Assembly (NCBI GenBank): GCA_951406725.2
Contig: OX597826.1
Span: 28,520,001-28,584,000 of the forward strand
From: Octopus vulgaris
Taxonomy: Eukaryota
Direction: 5' to 3'
Length of the DNA stretch: 64,000 nt
Positions 14,052 to 26,610 of this stretch are shown piece after piece. A program made the position numbers and the translations under genes. Below the pieces are notes generated by a model. It was not told the DNA's origin. It saw only the letters and a program-made list of their open reading frames with translations, and made no database searches. Position 1 is the first letter of the stretch; every line of letters begins with the position of its first letter.

Positions 14052-14268
14052 ATTGGTTTCAGATTTCGGTAAAGGACCAGTAACTTCGGGGGAGGGGGTA
14101 ATTTAATTAGATCGACCTTAGTACTCAGCTGGTACTTATATAATGGACCCCGAAAGGATGAAAGGCAAAGTCGACCTCGGCGGAATTTGAACTCAGAACG
14201 TAGCGGCAGACGAAATGCCGCTAAGCATTTCGCCCAGCGTGCTAACGGTTCTGCCAAATTGCCGCCTT
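14052..14268 (-). mobile_element. SINE family B, full-length short-tail copy
   Basis: Head ggcggcaatttggcagaaccgttagcacg, B-box gagttcaaattcc, family core. Confidence 0.88.
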
Positions 14269-15189
14269 CGACTAGTGACACAGATTATTAAAATAAATAA
14301 ATAAACATCAAAGACAAAATAAAAAAAAAAAAAGCTCGAAAATAAGTTATGACACGTTTCTATTCAAGAAAAGCCGCGACCTAGTTCTTCTAAAGGTCAG
14401 TCTGTTTTTAGCATAAAGAGAAGAACCAGAAAGAATCTTAACATATTTTACCAATAATTCCGTTGTTATTTCTTGAGCTCATTTTAGTAAGCACAACAGT
14501 GGCCATACTGGAGTAGAACCCATAAAGGCGGAAGAAGTATCTGTGTTAATTTTGTCTTTTCCTTACTACTGACCTACTTTATATATATATATACACACAC
14601 ATATATATATATATATAACTTTTTTATACATTTCAGTCCTAAGGCTGTGGGAATATAACTTTATTGAAACAATAAATCTTGAAGCAGATACAGCTATAAA
14701 AAAATAACACGTAAAAATTAGAATAAAAGCCGATTTGATAAAAGTTTTATATGCTCTCTTCTCTCTCTGAATTATATATATATAAATTCTGCATTTCGAA
14801 ACGGAAAGCAGAACTCCGTACATGAATTAGAGAATATCATGTTATTACGAGGAGTTACGGTGGCACAAGCGTCTTCAGTACAAGTGCACTTATCAAACAA
14901 CTCGGTCGCTTCATGTGACTCGCAACTATACTCTATTTCACGTAAATGGGTTCCATTAAACCTCATTATAAAATCAATTATATATATACACCTACATGTC
15001 GACGGCTACGTATGTACACATGTGTATGTATGTATGTTTGCATAGATACATACACACCTATATGTGTGTGTGGGGAGGGGGGATATGTATGTATATAGAC
15101 GCATTTATGATAAAGAGAATGAAGGTGTAGGAGAAAGAAAAAAGACTTGGGCGACGAGAAGGGGGAAGGGTGAGAAGGGTGGGGGGGGG

Positions 15190-15262
15190 GAGGACGTCGC
15201 GTGAGCACGTGACACATGACGTCGTCACAAGGGTTTTCAGGCCAGTTCGTGACTCAGCATAT
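15190..15262. promoter_or_regulatory. Candidate enhancer motif cluster (E-box, CRE-like, AP-1/ARE)
   Basis: CACGTG 15206-15211, TGACGTCG 15217-15224, TGACTCAGCA 15250-15259. Motif match only. Confidence 0.3.
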
Positions 15263-15708
15263 CCTTGCGTAGAAGATTCATGGGAAGGAATTTTTGCCAG
15301 TGTCATCGCCGCCGCTGTCTCCGCAGTCACCGTATACGCAGTGGTGATGGTGGTGGTGATCATCGTTGTCGTGGTGGTGGTCTCTAGGCAAATTTGATGG
15401 ATTATATTGGCTACGCACGATAATGATTAGTGTGTGTGTGTGTGTGTCGATGGTGGCGATGGCGGCGGGGGAACTGGGGAGTTTCGAAGTGATAGGTATG
15501 TGTGTATGTATATACTTGCATACACTCACACATGTGTGTATGTATATGTATGAACAGGAACATGTTCAATGTATGTCAATGTACAGGTACATAATGTGTG
15601 TGTATGCAAATACACACACACGAGTGTCTATACATAAATATATCAACATTCATAAGTGTGTGTGTGTGTGTGGTATGTGTAGACAGAAGCATTCATTCAT
15701 GAATCTAC

Positions 15709-15739
<31 letters not shown>

Positions 15740-15741
<2 letters not shown>

Positions 15742-15822
15742 TGTAGCAAACCAAATGGCGGTGCCCCAGCATGGCCACAGCTCATTAGCTGAAACTGGAA
15801 AAATCAAAAATCAAAATCAATC
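15740..15822 (+). mobile_element. Severely 5'-truncated CR1-group LINE 3' end
   Basis: gtagcaaaccaaatggcggtgccccagcatggccacagctca...(aatc) matches the 3' UTR of the LINE at 63271-64000; flanked by (TA)n on both sides. Confidence 0.85.
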
Positions 15823-15890
15823 ATATATATATATATATATATATAATATGTTATACATAAATGTGAAACAAGGTGGAAAAAAAGAGTTTT

Positions 15891-15936
15891 AAAACTGTCC
15901 GACGTTCGGGAACGTGAAACTCTGAGTAATAGTTTT
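15891..15936 (+). ncRNA. Degenerate type I hammerhead ribozyme motif
   Basis: Stem I aaaactgt/atagtttt, core CCGACG (variant of CUGANGA), GAAA, stem III Actc-t-gagT, GUA triplet. Confidence 0.45.
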
Positions 15937-15979
15937 TGTGATATTTCTGCTGCCTTTAAGTATGTATGTATGTATGTAT

Positions 15980-16024
<45 letters not shown>

Positions 16025-16308
16025 GGAATTCACTAAAAGTGAACTCCCTTACGCTAACCACTAAAAGTTGTTCTCAAGAAAAAATTTAGCACACCATGAA
16101 CGTAAGTGGGCAGGACAAATGAAAAATAACAAAAATATAGATTAACTCTATACAATTGTTTCACTGTTAATAAATTATGCAATTTTACTTACACAATTAA
16201 TTCGTATATACACACACACACACGAATGAATATATCTCACTACACACACACATACATACATACACACACATTTAACTTTAATGGTAACGTAGCGTTAGTG
16301 TTTTGTCA

Positions 16309-16430
16309 TTCTGGTTTTAAAATAAGTTGAACCGTCAGCAGGAAACCATTGGTACCGGAGAAATAACAAAAAAATTCGCTTTAAAAATGAACTGTTTATC
16401 CACCTTTCCGGTGTCGAGTACTTATTCTTC
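16309..16430 (+). mobile_element. Distant family P relative with decayed hammerhead fold (16309-16360)
   Basis: Stem I ttctgg/ccggag, stem II gttga/tcagc, GAAA-ccattgg-TA; downstream tttatccacc...ggtgtcgagtac resembles family P. The CUGANGA core is lost. Confidence 0.35.
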
Positions 16431-17438
16431 CAGTACAGAATTAAATGTATGTGTGTGGCTGTGCGTATGAGAAAGCATGCGCCTGCGTTAGTACATGCAT
16501 GATTACATACATACATACATACAAACACATACATACATACATACAGTCATGTATGTATTTACAGTCTTATACAGACAGACCTGTTAAGATTTGCAGATAA
16601 AAATCATGTTGATAAAGTTATAAAACTAAAAACAAATACAAGAACAAATGCACACACACACACACACACACACAATACATACAACTCTCTCGCGCGCATG
16701 CGCTCTCACATTGCTTGGGCTTTAGTGTAAAATAAAATTTTTTAAGAAATGTGAAAGCATAGATCAGAGTGTGTGAGGGGGAGGGCAAAGAGAATGTGAT
16801 GTAGAAAGGTTATGGAAGCATTACAGAGATTGTATAGGATAGAGAGAGAGAGAGAAAGAGAGAGGGGGGAGAGAGAGAGATGAACGACTAGAGAAAGTGT
16901 GGGGATAGAGAGATAGGGAGATAGGGAGAGAGACAGAGAAAATATGGGGGAACAGAGGGTTAGACAAACATGGAGAGTAGGGAGAGAGGGAGAGAGAAAG
17001 AACGAGAGAAAGACACACAGAGAGAGACTGTGATGGGGTAGACAGAGAGACGGAGAGAGAGAGAGAGAGAGAGTCAGACAACCAGACAGACAGACAGACA
17101 GACGGAGCATATAACCCACAATATATAATGGAAGAATTATAAAAGACATGGGACTTAGGGAGGTAAAGAACTGAGTTGGCCCATAGATGGCGGTGGTGGT
17201 AGCGGAGGAGGTGGCGGCGGCGTTGGGGGTGGGGGGTGGATAGGTGGGTTGGGGGCGGTGACGTACAGTTGGTGTCCATGGTGACAGCTTTATGGAGCAA
17301 GATATTATAAAACATTAACTACAACAGATCTTTTGTCTTCTACAAGACAACAACAACAACAGCTCGTCCATGTAGCTCATATTGTTTATCGAGATCACAT
17401 TACACAACACACACAACCACACACGGGTGTGTCTGCAG

Positions 17439-17469
<31 letters not shown>

Positions 17470-17479
17470 TGTATCTATA

Positions 17480-17564
<85 letters not shown>

Positions 17565-17907
17565 ATACACACACATTCACATACGCCCATATACATGAAT
17601 ACACACAATCACACACAATCCTTTATACACCTAGATACATAATAGTTAACACGCACTTGCAATAACCACACATATACACATACACGTGCATACACACACT
17701 CAAGATATCTGCTGACTAATTACGTGTCTTCTCGCCAATAAACACATACAAGTACACACACATGTGTATACACACACACAACTACGTTCCAGCTGACTAA
17801 CTATCCCTCCTTCTCTTCTTCCTCTTCCTTGTACCCCACCCTCATCCGACACACCACTGCCATCCAGCTGCTGCCACGGTGCACCAGGCCGGACCATCAT
17901 GGATTTG

Positions 17908-17947
<40 letters not shown>

Positions 17948-18055
17948 CAGACTGACAGACAGACAGAGAAAAGCAGAGACACACATTGAGAAAGAATGAG
18001 CGAGAGAGCGAGCGAGCGAAAGGGAGAGAGAAAGAGGTGGGGAGATCATCATGGA

Positions 18056-18058
<3 letters not shown>

Positions 18059-18121
<63 letters not shown>
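18059..18121. repeat. (GT)n microsatellite
   Basis: Directly visible. Confidence 0.97.
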
Positions 18122-18123
<2 letters not shown>

Positions 18124-18479
18124 TGAGTGAGTGAGAGAGATAGATAGAGAGAGAGAGAGAGAGATGCATCGAAACTATAATGGATTGGTGGGAGAAAGAG
18201 ACAAACAGACAGACAGATGCGACAAGATAGAGATACACAATGTGTCTCACAATGTGAGAGAGAGAGAGTGAAGGAGAGTGACACAAACAGATAGAGACAG
18301 GAAGAGAGAGAGGGGGGAGGGGAGAAAGAAAGTTATAAGAAGTTACCGTTGTTGTTGTTGTTGTTTCGCCCTGGGTCAGATGTTATCCGGTACAACATTA
18401 TGAGACGACATGCTCCAGGCGAGCCGACCGAATCATTCGAGAGTCAGGAAATATGCCTTCCAGTCATTTTTATCCCGGC

Positions 18480-18908
18480 TCCTTATGTTCTGGGTTCAAA
18501 TACTATGGAAATCAACTTTACCTTTTTATCACTCAGTGGTGTGGTAAATAGTAGTCGAATACTGAGGATATCGGCTAACGACCACCACCAACAAAATTTT
18601 TGAATCTGTGTCAGCTAGAAATTTTGTAAAACCATTTTTTAAATCCTAACCCTAACCCTAATTTTGCGTTGTCCCGACTCACTGTCGAGGCCAAACTTCG
18701 TCTTTCATCGATTTGGGGGTCGATGAAATGAAATACCAGTTGCGCACTGGGGTTGATGTAATCGACATCCCCCTCTCTCTTCAAAACTGGAGGCCTTGAG
18801 CCAAAAATTAGAGAGAATTAAAATAGAATCATAAGTGCGTCGGACAAAAAGCTTAGCGGCATTTCTTCAGGCTCCTTTACAGGCCTTGGGCCTTTAGTAG
18901 AAAGAAGG

Positions 18909-18910
<2 letters not shown>
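18480..18910 (+). mobile_element. Cluster of decayed SINE B fragments
   Basis: Several partial matches to the family B core and tail. Confidence 0.6.
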
Positions 18911-18941
<31 letters not shown>

Positions 18942-18943
<2 letters not shown>

Positions 18944-19146
18944 GGCAACGACCAGGCAGAATCGTTAGCGCACTGGACGAAATGCTTACTCGCATTTTGT
19001 CTGTTTTTGCGTTCTGAGTTCAAATTCCGCCGAGGTCGATTTTGCCTTTCATCCTTTAGGGGTCCATAAAATAAGTACCAGTTGAACACTGGAGACGATG
19101 TAATCGACTTACTCCCCCCACGAAATTGCTGGTCTTGAGCCAAAAT
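18942..19146 (+). mobile_element. SINE family B, full-length
   Basis: Head ggcaacgaccaggcagaatcgttagc, core and tail; lies between (TTA)n runs. Confidence 0.88.
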
Positions 19147-19685
19147 TATCATTATCATTATTATTATTAACATAGTTTTTAGTCATTTGCATACATTATA
19201 TTATCCATATTTCTAGGCGCCAAAATAGTGTTTGTTGATTTAAGGAAAGAGTGACCACTCTTTCTAATAAACTAAATAGAGAAAGAGAGAGGGAGAACGA
19301 GAGAAAGTGAGAGAGAGCAGTCTATCATTGATTCGTTATTGTGTGTGTGTGTGTGGAGGGAGGGAGGGAGTGAGGGTTGTAAAATGATTCCATAATAAAG
19401 TTGAAATAAAAACCCAGCTTTACTACTTCACCAACAGCCAGCCACTCCTCACCGGCTGTTTCCCTATGTGACATTTCAATCATCAGTGATCATATTAAAT
19501 TGTAGTATAGGCGACCACAGATACTGGACACAGGTGGAATCGATTGGCGAAACGGCTGATAGGATGCATGTGTTCAAGTCGGTTTTACAGTGGTTAAAGA
19601 AGACCATCTCTTTGGGGCAGGAGAGGGGCTGCGAAGATTTAAAAAAGTGGCAAACAATTTGCAGTGATTAATAACGATAATAATA

Positions 19686-20082
19686 ATCCTTTCTACTAAA
19701 GGCATAAGGCCAGCAATTTTAGGGTGGATGGGTGGGTGGGCCACTCGATTAGATCGACCCCAGTACGCAACTGGTATTTAATTTATCAAACACGAAAGAC
19801 AAAGTCGACTTTGGCGGAATTTGAACTCAGAGCGTAACCACAGACGAAGTACCTATTTCTTTATTACCCACTAAACATAGAGGGGACAAACAAGGACAGA
19901 CAAACGGATTAAGTCGATTACATCGACACCAGTGCGTAACTGGTACTTATTTAATCGACCCCGAAAGGATGAAAGGCGAAGTCGACCTCGGCGCAATTTG
20001 AACTCAGAACGTAGCGGCAGCAGACGAAATACCTCTAAGCATTTCGCCCGGCGTGCTAACGTTTCTGCCAGCTCGCTGTCTT
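19686..20082 (-). mobile_element. SINE family B, tandem/dimeric copy
   Basis: Head-core-long tail followed directly by a second core and short tail. Confidence 0.85.
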
Positions 20083-20523
20083 AATAATAATAATAATAAA
20101 ATTTATGAAATTGGGTATATTACTTAGATAAATTGAACACAGATCACACTATATAAACAGAATGTTTAACGATGAGAACATGAACACACCTGAAAACAAA
20201 GATAGACACGAACACACAGGATCAGAGAAACATAGACAGGAACGAATCCATATTCTACCGCTTCCCTTCTAAGGTTGGTTGTGATGTTCCTACGCAAAGA
20301 AACACAGCAAAATACTTATCTATGCATTAACCACACCTCTCTGCCTTGTCCCCCCCCCCACACACACACACATACATATAACATGCCAAGGCATCACAGA
20401 CAACAATCTATCTGTTACGATGATAACATAACTAAGAGCATATCACGCACACACACATTCGCAGAGTTCTATTTCTCACTCCTTCAACACAAAGCCGCTG
20501 ACCAGTGCGAGTAAGATTTTAGG

Positions 20524-20565
<42 letters not shown>

Positions 20566-20829
20566 GCGCGCGCGCTCAAACGCCAGCATCGGTTAGCCAG
20601 GTATGTAGACAGGTGTAGTGGTGATGGACCTTGTGATATAGATCGAAATGAACTGTAAGTATGAGAGAACTGTACAGTTATTCGCGCTTCTCTCTGTGTG
20701 TGTGTACGGATTTATACATGTACGGATTCATGCACGTTTAGACAGACAGACAAATAGACAGGGATGTATGTATGGATGGATGGATAGATGGATGGATGGA
20801 AGACAAATAGATATACAGATAGATAGATG

Positions 20830-20935
<106 letters not shown>

Positions 20936-22147
20936 CAGATGGACAAACAGACAACTAGACACGCAGACAGACAGATAAATATATAGACGGACAGGCAGAC
21001 AGTTGATTCGCTCAACTAAAACCCTTCAAAGCGGTGCCCCAGCATGACCACTCTGCAATGACTGGAACATGAAAAAGATTTTTTAAATTGTGTACACACA
21101 CACACACAAACTATAAATAACCTATCAATAGTCACTGGCTGAGTGTACCTGTACATAATTTGTTTCTTTTAAAATGTCTATCTGTATGTATATGTTATAT
21201 ATACGTGTGTAGGTGTGTGTGTACATGTATTCGTGCGTGTATTAATCTGTGTCCGAACACAAATTAGAACGAACCACAAAAACAAAACAGTCCATCAGAA
21301 CAACAAATAAAAAAAAAATCAGTAGTAATAGTAGTAGGACAGTGCCCCACCCTCACCGGCTATTAGTTACAAACACCACCGCTAACGTGGTATCTCTCCA
21401 CCATCAGACACATCAAACACCAAGAGACATCTACCGACTCTTCGTTTCACCCCGCCCCTGTCCACAGCGCCCACTTCACATCTCCGACGGACATGAAAAC
21501 CTGAATAAAATTACACTTTAACCCCTTCCGCAAAAAAAAAAAAAAAGAAAAAAAAAAGAAAAAGGGATCTACCCTCACATTTTTGCTTGTTTTCTATCCT
21601 TCCCTATGACCATTACACAAATTTATCCACACGCACATAAACACATACACGCACGCACAAGCAAATTTTCACGCATTCACTACGCCGAACCCATGAACGA
21701 GCGAACGAGGAGCCGTCTTCGCAGCTGCTCAGACTGCTAGATACAACAGTTTAATCTCACTCAAACCACATTCTGTCATTTTATAGAAAGGCTTAACAAG
21801 TTTGACGTAGGAATAGCCATCGAACGTGTCATGTCAGTCTGGAGAAGCAAGAGGCTAAACGACCACAGCAACCCCAAGAACACATGTTTATTATACATGT
21901 ATGTAGAGGGAATGAGATTGAGAGAAGGTGGTGAATGTATACACGTAATAAGGCATGTTACAAAACGAAGCTGATGAGGGAAAAGAGAGGGCGTAAATAT
22001 ACCTAAAGTCACAGACATCAAAGGAAAAACGAACATGAGAGAGAACAGAGACAGTGAAATCCCAGGCGCGTTTCAAAGCAAGAGGCAAACCCATCTCCAC
22101 TTCTACCTATCAAACATGTGTGTGTGTGTGTGTGTGTGTGAGGGTTA

Positions 22148-22503
22148 GGCATGGCGTAGCTGTGTGGTAAGACGCTTCCTTCGCAACTGTATGGCTCCGA
22201 GTTCAATCCCACTGCGTAGCACCTTGGCCAAGCGTTTTCTACTTATAGCCTTGGGTCGACCTAAAGCTTTCTGAGTGGGATCTGGTAGACGGAAATTGAA
22301 AGAAACCTGATGTGCGTGCGTGCATATGTGTGTCTGTGTGTGTGTGTGTGTGTTCCCTTTTACTGCTTGACAACTGGTGTTGACGTGTTCACGACCCCGT
22401 AAAAAGGAAAAGTACTGGGAATGATCCATTCAACTAAAATTCTTAAATGCTGAGCCCCAGCATGACGGAGGGTTAATGACTGAAACAAATTCAGTTAAAA
22501 GAG
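22148..22503 (+). mobile_element. SINE family A, diverged with internal deletion
   Basis: Head, body and tail recognisable against the other copies. Confidence 0.82.
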
Positions 22504-22892
22504 AGAAAAAAAAAAGAAAAGCAAAATCGTGGGGCCTCCAGTCGGAGACAACATATGAAAGAGAGATTTGCCATTTCTTGCTGAACAGGCTACACAAATG
22601 ATCTGCTTCCAGTGACCAAATGTTTCTGTTGTCCATTAGCTCACTCACATTATCTAACTGACAATACACTAAAAGATCATAAGTGCTAAGTGTGAAATAA
22701 CTGATTAGATTAAAGGTTTTCATTTTCTTCCAGGGTTAACCCAGCCACCAGCACCACCAGGCCAAATCAAACCACATACACAATATTAAACAATTTAACC
22801 AAATTACCTTACTTATATCGAGAGCAGCTGAGGGTAAAAGAATTCAAACCTGCAACTGTTTACACGTTTCTTTTCAAATACTTTTATGAGGA

Positions 22893-22925
<33 letters not shown>

Positions 22926-22948
22926 CTGAAAAAAGGAACACGCGCACG

Positions 22949-22980
<32 letters not shown>

Positions 22981-23869
22981 TGCATACATACATACATACA
23001 TACATACATACATACATACATACACACACACACACGCACAACAGGTTTCTATGAGGTAGTGGGTAGCGATTTTCTTCACTACTTCAGGGAGTGACGACCC
23101 TGCCTGACACGAGTCCCGGGCTCAGCTGGCTCCGGCTGAAGTACCCGATCTGGCTTGCTTAGCCATCAGTGGGTGATTATCTAAGCAAGACAAAACTTCG
23201 AAATCCCTGTCAACACTATTCTTCAAGAATAAAAAAAAAACCTATATACACACCAACAAACCAACACGCAATCAGGAAAAGTCTAAATTAAAAGGTCGGA
23301 CGCAGTGTCAGTCACGTGATCATCACGTGACCGACATAGTACCACGTTACATAAATTGTTGATCGGATAAACACGCCAGGTGAAAGGGGAAAGAATTAGA
23401 TATTATTTCTGTTATTATTTCTTTATTTTTTGTTTTGTTTTTGTTTCCCCCATTTTCTATTTATTCATTTATTTCATAATTGCATAATAGATAACGCGAC
23501 TAATTAGTTTTTTTTTTTTAATTTATTGGTCTTGTGGCTCCTTTCCTTCGAGGAATCCTATCAAATATTGAAACAATGCCCCGGGGTTTCAAAAAGGTGA
23601 AACAATTCACACCCATGCCTTTTCTCATAATCCGACATGTAAAAAACAATAACAAATAATAATGAAATAAAATAAAATAAAATAAAATAAAATAAAACAA
23701 ACAACGTTGTTTACACATTCAGTGAACAAATCGCAGTTATGTACTCAAATGTGTAACGCACATCTCTCATACATACATACATACATACATACATACATAC
23801 AGCAAAACAAACAAATCTGCACATATACATACACACGTTTATGTCTCTCTCTATCTCTCTCTCTCTCTC

Positions 23870-23914
<45 letters not shown>

Positions 23915-23919
23915 ATGTG

Positions 23920-24124
23920 TGTGTGTGTCTGTTTCTGCTTGTACCGCCATCATCGCCTGACAACCAATGTTGGTGTGATTACGTCCCGTAACTTAGCGTT
24001 TCAGCAAAACGGACTGATAGAGAAAGTACCAGGCATACGCAAATAAGTCCTGGGGATCGGTTTCTTCGAATAAAACGGGGTGCTCCAGCATGGACGTAGT
24101 CAAGTGATTGAAACATGTAAAAGA
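23920..24124 (+). mobile_element. SINE family A, 3' half
   Basis: Matches the post-microsatellite half and tail of family A. Confidence 0.8.
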
Positions 24125-24129
24125 AATCG

Positions 24130-24408
24130 TTTCTAGTTCAATCCCACTGAATGACATCTTGGGCCGCCCGGAAACCCGTGTGTGTGTTTGCAAATAATGT
24201 GATAGTTGTCAATTGGGTTTCACTGTTACAAAGGCGGTGGCGTTCATTCCCAATATGCCTAGCTCATGGGGAAGTATTACCTCACTTGTACACAGGTGAG
24301 GCTTGTCGACAGGAAGGGTATCCAGTCATAACAAATATGCTTCAGTAAACCCCGTCCGATCCATGCAAGCATGGAAAAGAGGATGTCAACACGACGATGG
24401 CGATGATA
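24130..24408 (+). mobile_element. Decayed SINE-like element with (GAT)n-type tail
   Basis: B-box gttcaatccc, gacaggaagggtatccag motif, ends catgcaagcatggaaaag...gacgatggcgatgat. Single copy in this window. Confidence 0.45.
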
Positions 24409-24452
24409 TCTAGTCGATTCTACAACATACCTAGAAGCTAGATGGATATGTG

Positions 24453-24492
<40 letters not shown>

Positions 24493-24930
24493 TGGCGGAG
24501 ATCTGGCTGTTTGTTAACAGAGAGAACATTTTGAGAGTTCATGAAGTCGTCTGATTCGAGCAATAACGTTGATTATCGAAATTTCTTAGCGATAACGAGG
24601 TTGAGAAAGAAAGAAATATAATGGAAAAAAAAAACCTGAAGAAAATAAAAATATAAATAAGATAAAGTGATTTCCAAAAACGAAAAAGGTAAAAATCGTT
24701 CATGGACTTCCGAAGAAATGTGCATCAGACTTGATCGGAATGGAGATTCCAAAATGGTATCTTGTAACATACACACACACAAGTGCACGCACACAGATGT
24801 GTGTGTGTGTGTGTGTGTGTGTATGGCGGGAGTACAGTGACTATATATGTAGGTCAAGTTTCTACGGTTATGCGAGCGGAAACTTTACTAAAGTACCACA
24901 TTAAGGTACGCCAGTGTTCAAAACAGTTGC

Positions 24931-25327
24931 ACGTAGGAGTGGCTGTGTGGTAAGTAGCTTGCTTACCAACCACATGGTTCCGGGTTCATTCCCACTGCGT
25001 GGCACCTTGGGTAAGTGTCTTCTACTATAGCCTCGGGCCGACCAAAGCCTTGTGAGTGGATTTGGTAGACGGAAACTGAAAGAAGCCCGTCGTATATATG
25101 TATGTATGTGTGTGCTTGTTTGTGTGTCTGTGTTTGTCCCATCCAACATCGCTTGACAACCGATGCTGGTGTGTTTACGTCCCCGTAACTTAGTGGTTCG
25201 GCAAAAGAGACCGATAGAATAAGTACTAGGCTTACAAAAAATAAGTCCTGGGGTCGATTTGCTCGACTAAAAGGTGGTGCTCCAGCATGGCCACAGTCAA
25301 ATGACTGAAAAGAGTAAAAGAGTAGAG
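24931..25327 (+). mobile_element. SINE family A, full-length young copy
   Basis: Near-identical to 46234-46663; ends in agagtaaa repeats. Confidence 0.93.
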
Positions 25328-25401
25328 CTGTAGACGTGTTTGTATGTGTGTGTGTGTGTGTGTGTGTGTAAATAGATAGATAGATAGATAGAGATGTGAG
25401 T

Positions 25402-25558
25402 ATCGAACAACGAGAATGAGTGCTCAATACCACATTTGTGGATAAAGCTTTATTTGTGTATTAAGGGTACCATTGATTTCAGGTTTAAGTAAATTTCCAA
25501 CAATTATTCAAGCCAACCACATAGAAAAATTGGTGTTTGTCTCCATTTTGGATTAAGA
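25402..25558 (-). mobile_element. Family P repeat with hammerhead-like motif at 25465-25514
   Basis: Minus strand GGC-TTGAATA...GAAA-tcaatgg-TA, then AATAAA; homologous to the copies at 11638 and 54092. Confidence 0.55.
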
Positions 25559-25714
25559 AAGAAAGAAAGAAAACAAGATATATAGAGAGAGGGTGGGGAG
25601 ACAGACAGATATTCATTATTGTGTGTGTATAACCTAAAGGCAAAATTATAGGTTTTTAAATTGCTAATAAGCCACCCTTATTAAATACACATGCACAATT
25701 AAGGAATCAATAGG

Positions 25715-25873
25715 AGTGCGTTGGACAAAAAAGCGGTATTACTTCAGGATCTTTACGTTCCGAGTTCAAATCCCGCGAAAGTCAACTTTTCCATTCATTC
25801 TTTCGTGATCGATAAAATATTAGTGAAGTAGTATAGCGGATGTAATCAACCTGTGCCCATCTCTTTGAAATTG
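25715..25873 (+). mobile_element. SINE family B, decayed
   Basis: gagttcaaatccc B-box and a diverged core. Confidence 0.65.
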
Positions 25874-26155
25874 TAGGGATTCAAAATGCTGCAACGGACC
25901 AGAGTGAATTTCATCCTATCGGTCACTTATACGTCATGAGGACAGATAAACCGGCCCTGACAGATACTCCGGCACTGCGAGTCCCGGGACTTCAAAAAGA
26001 ATTTTCTTATTTAGCTCTTTATTATTTCCAAACAGATAAAATCAAAAACGAAATATTCATGAATTATTGTTTCATTTAACGTAAACTCCTACAAAGATCA
26101 ATAAACTATTACAATAATCAATAATAAATCACTGCGCTGCTTCATAAAATCTTCA

Positions 26156-26317
26156 GGCGCAAGTGTGGCTGTGTGGCAAGGAATTTGCTTCCCAACCACA
26201 TGGTTTCGGGTTCAGTCCCACTGCGTGTCACCTTGGACTAGTGTCTTCTCCTATAGCCTCAGACTGACCAAAAGCCTTGTGAATGGAATTGGTAGACGGA
26301 AACTGAAAGCCCGTCGT
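26156..26317 (+). mobile_element. SINE family A, 5' half
   Basis: Head and body up to the internal microsatellite. Confidence 0.85.
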
Positions 26318-26509
26318 GTGTGTTATATAAATATATGCATATATACATACATATATATATACCTACATCTATATATATATACCTACATCTATATGTATAT
26401 ATACATGCATATATGGGTACAGGACATAAAAAAATATGTTGAATACAATGATATATATATGTACTCAATACTTGCAAGTGAATCTGGTAGATGGAAACTG
26501 GAAGAAGCT

Positions 26510-26563
<54 letters not shown>

Positions 26564-26610
26564 TACATACATACATATACATATGTGTCTTTGTGTCTGT
26601 GACTGGCATG

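Noticed and set aside
16145-16170. GAAA-palindrome-TA strings (also 56354-56365)
   Set aside because: Stem III-like only; no recognisable CUGANGA core or stem I, so not counted as hammerheads.
18644-18661. Telomeric (CCCTAA)n
   Set aside because: Only about three units; not evidence of a telomere or fusion site.
23052-23073. let-7-like start TGAGGTAGT
   Set aside because: Only the first 9 nt match, and the local hairpin (~35 nt) is too short for a pre-miRNA.
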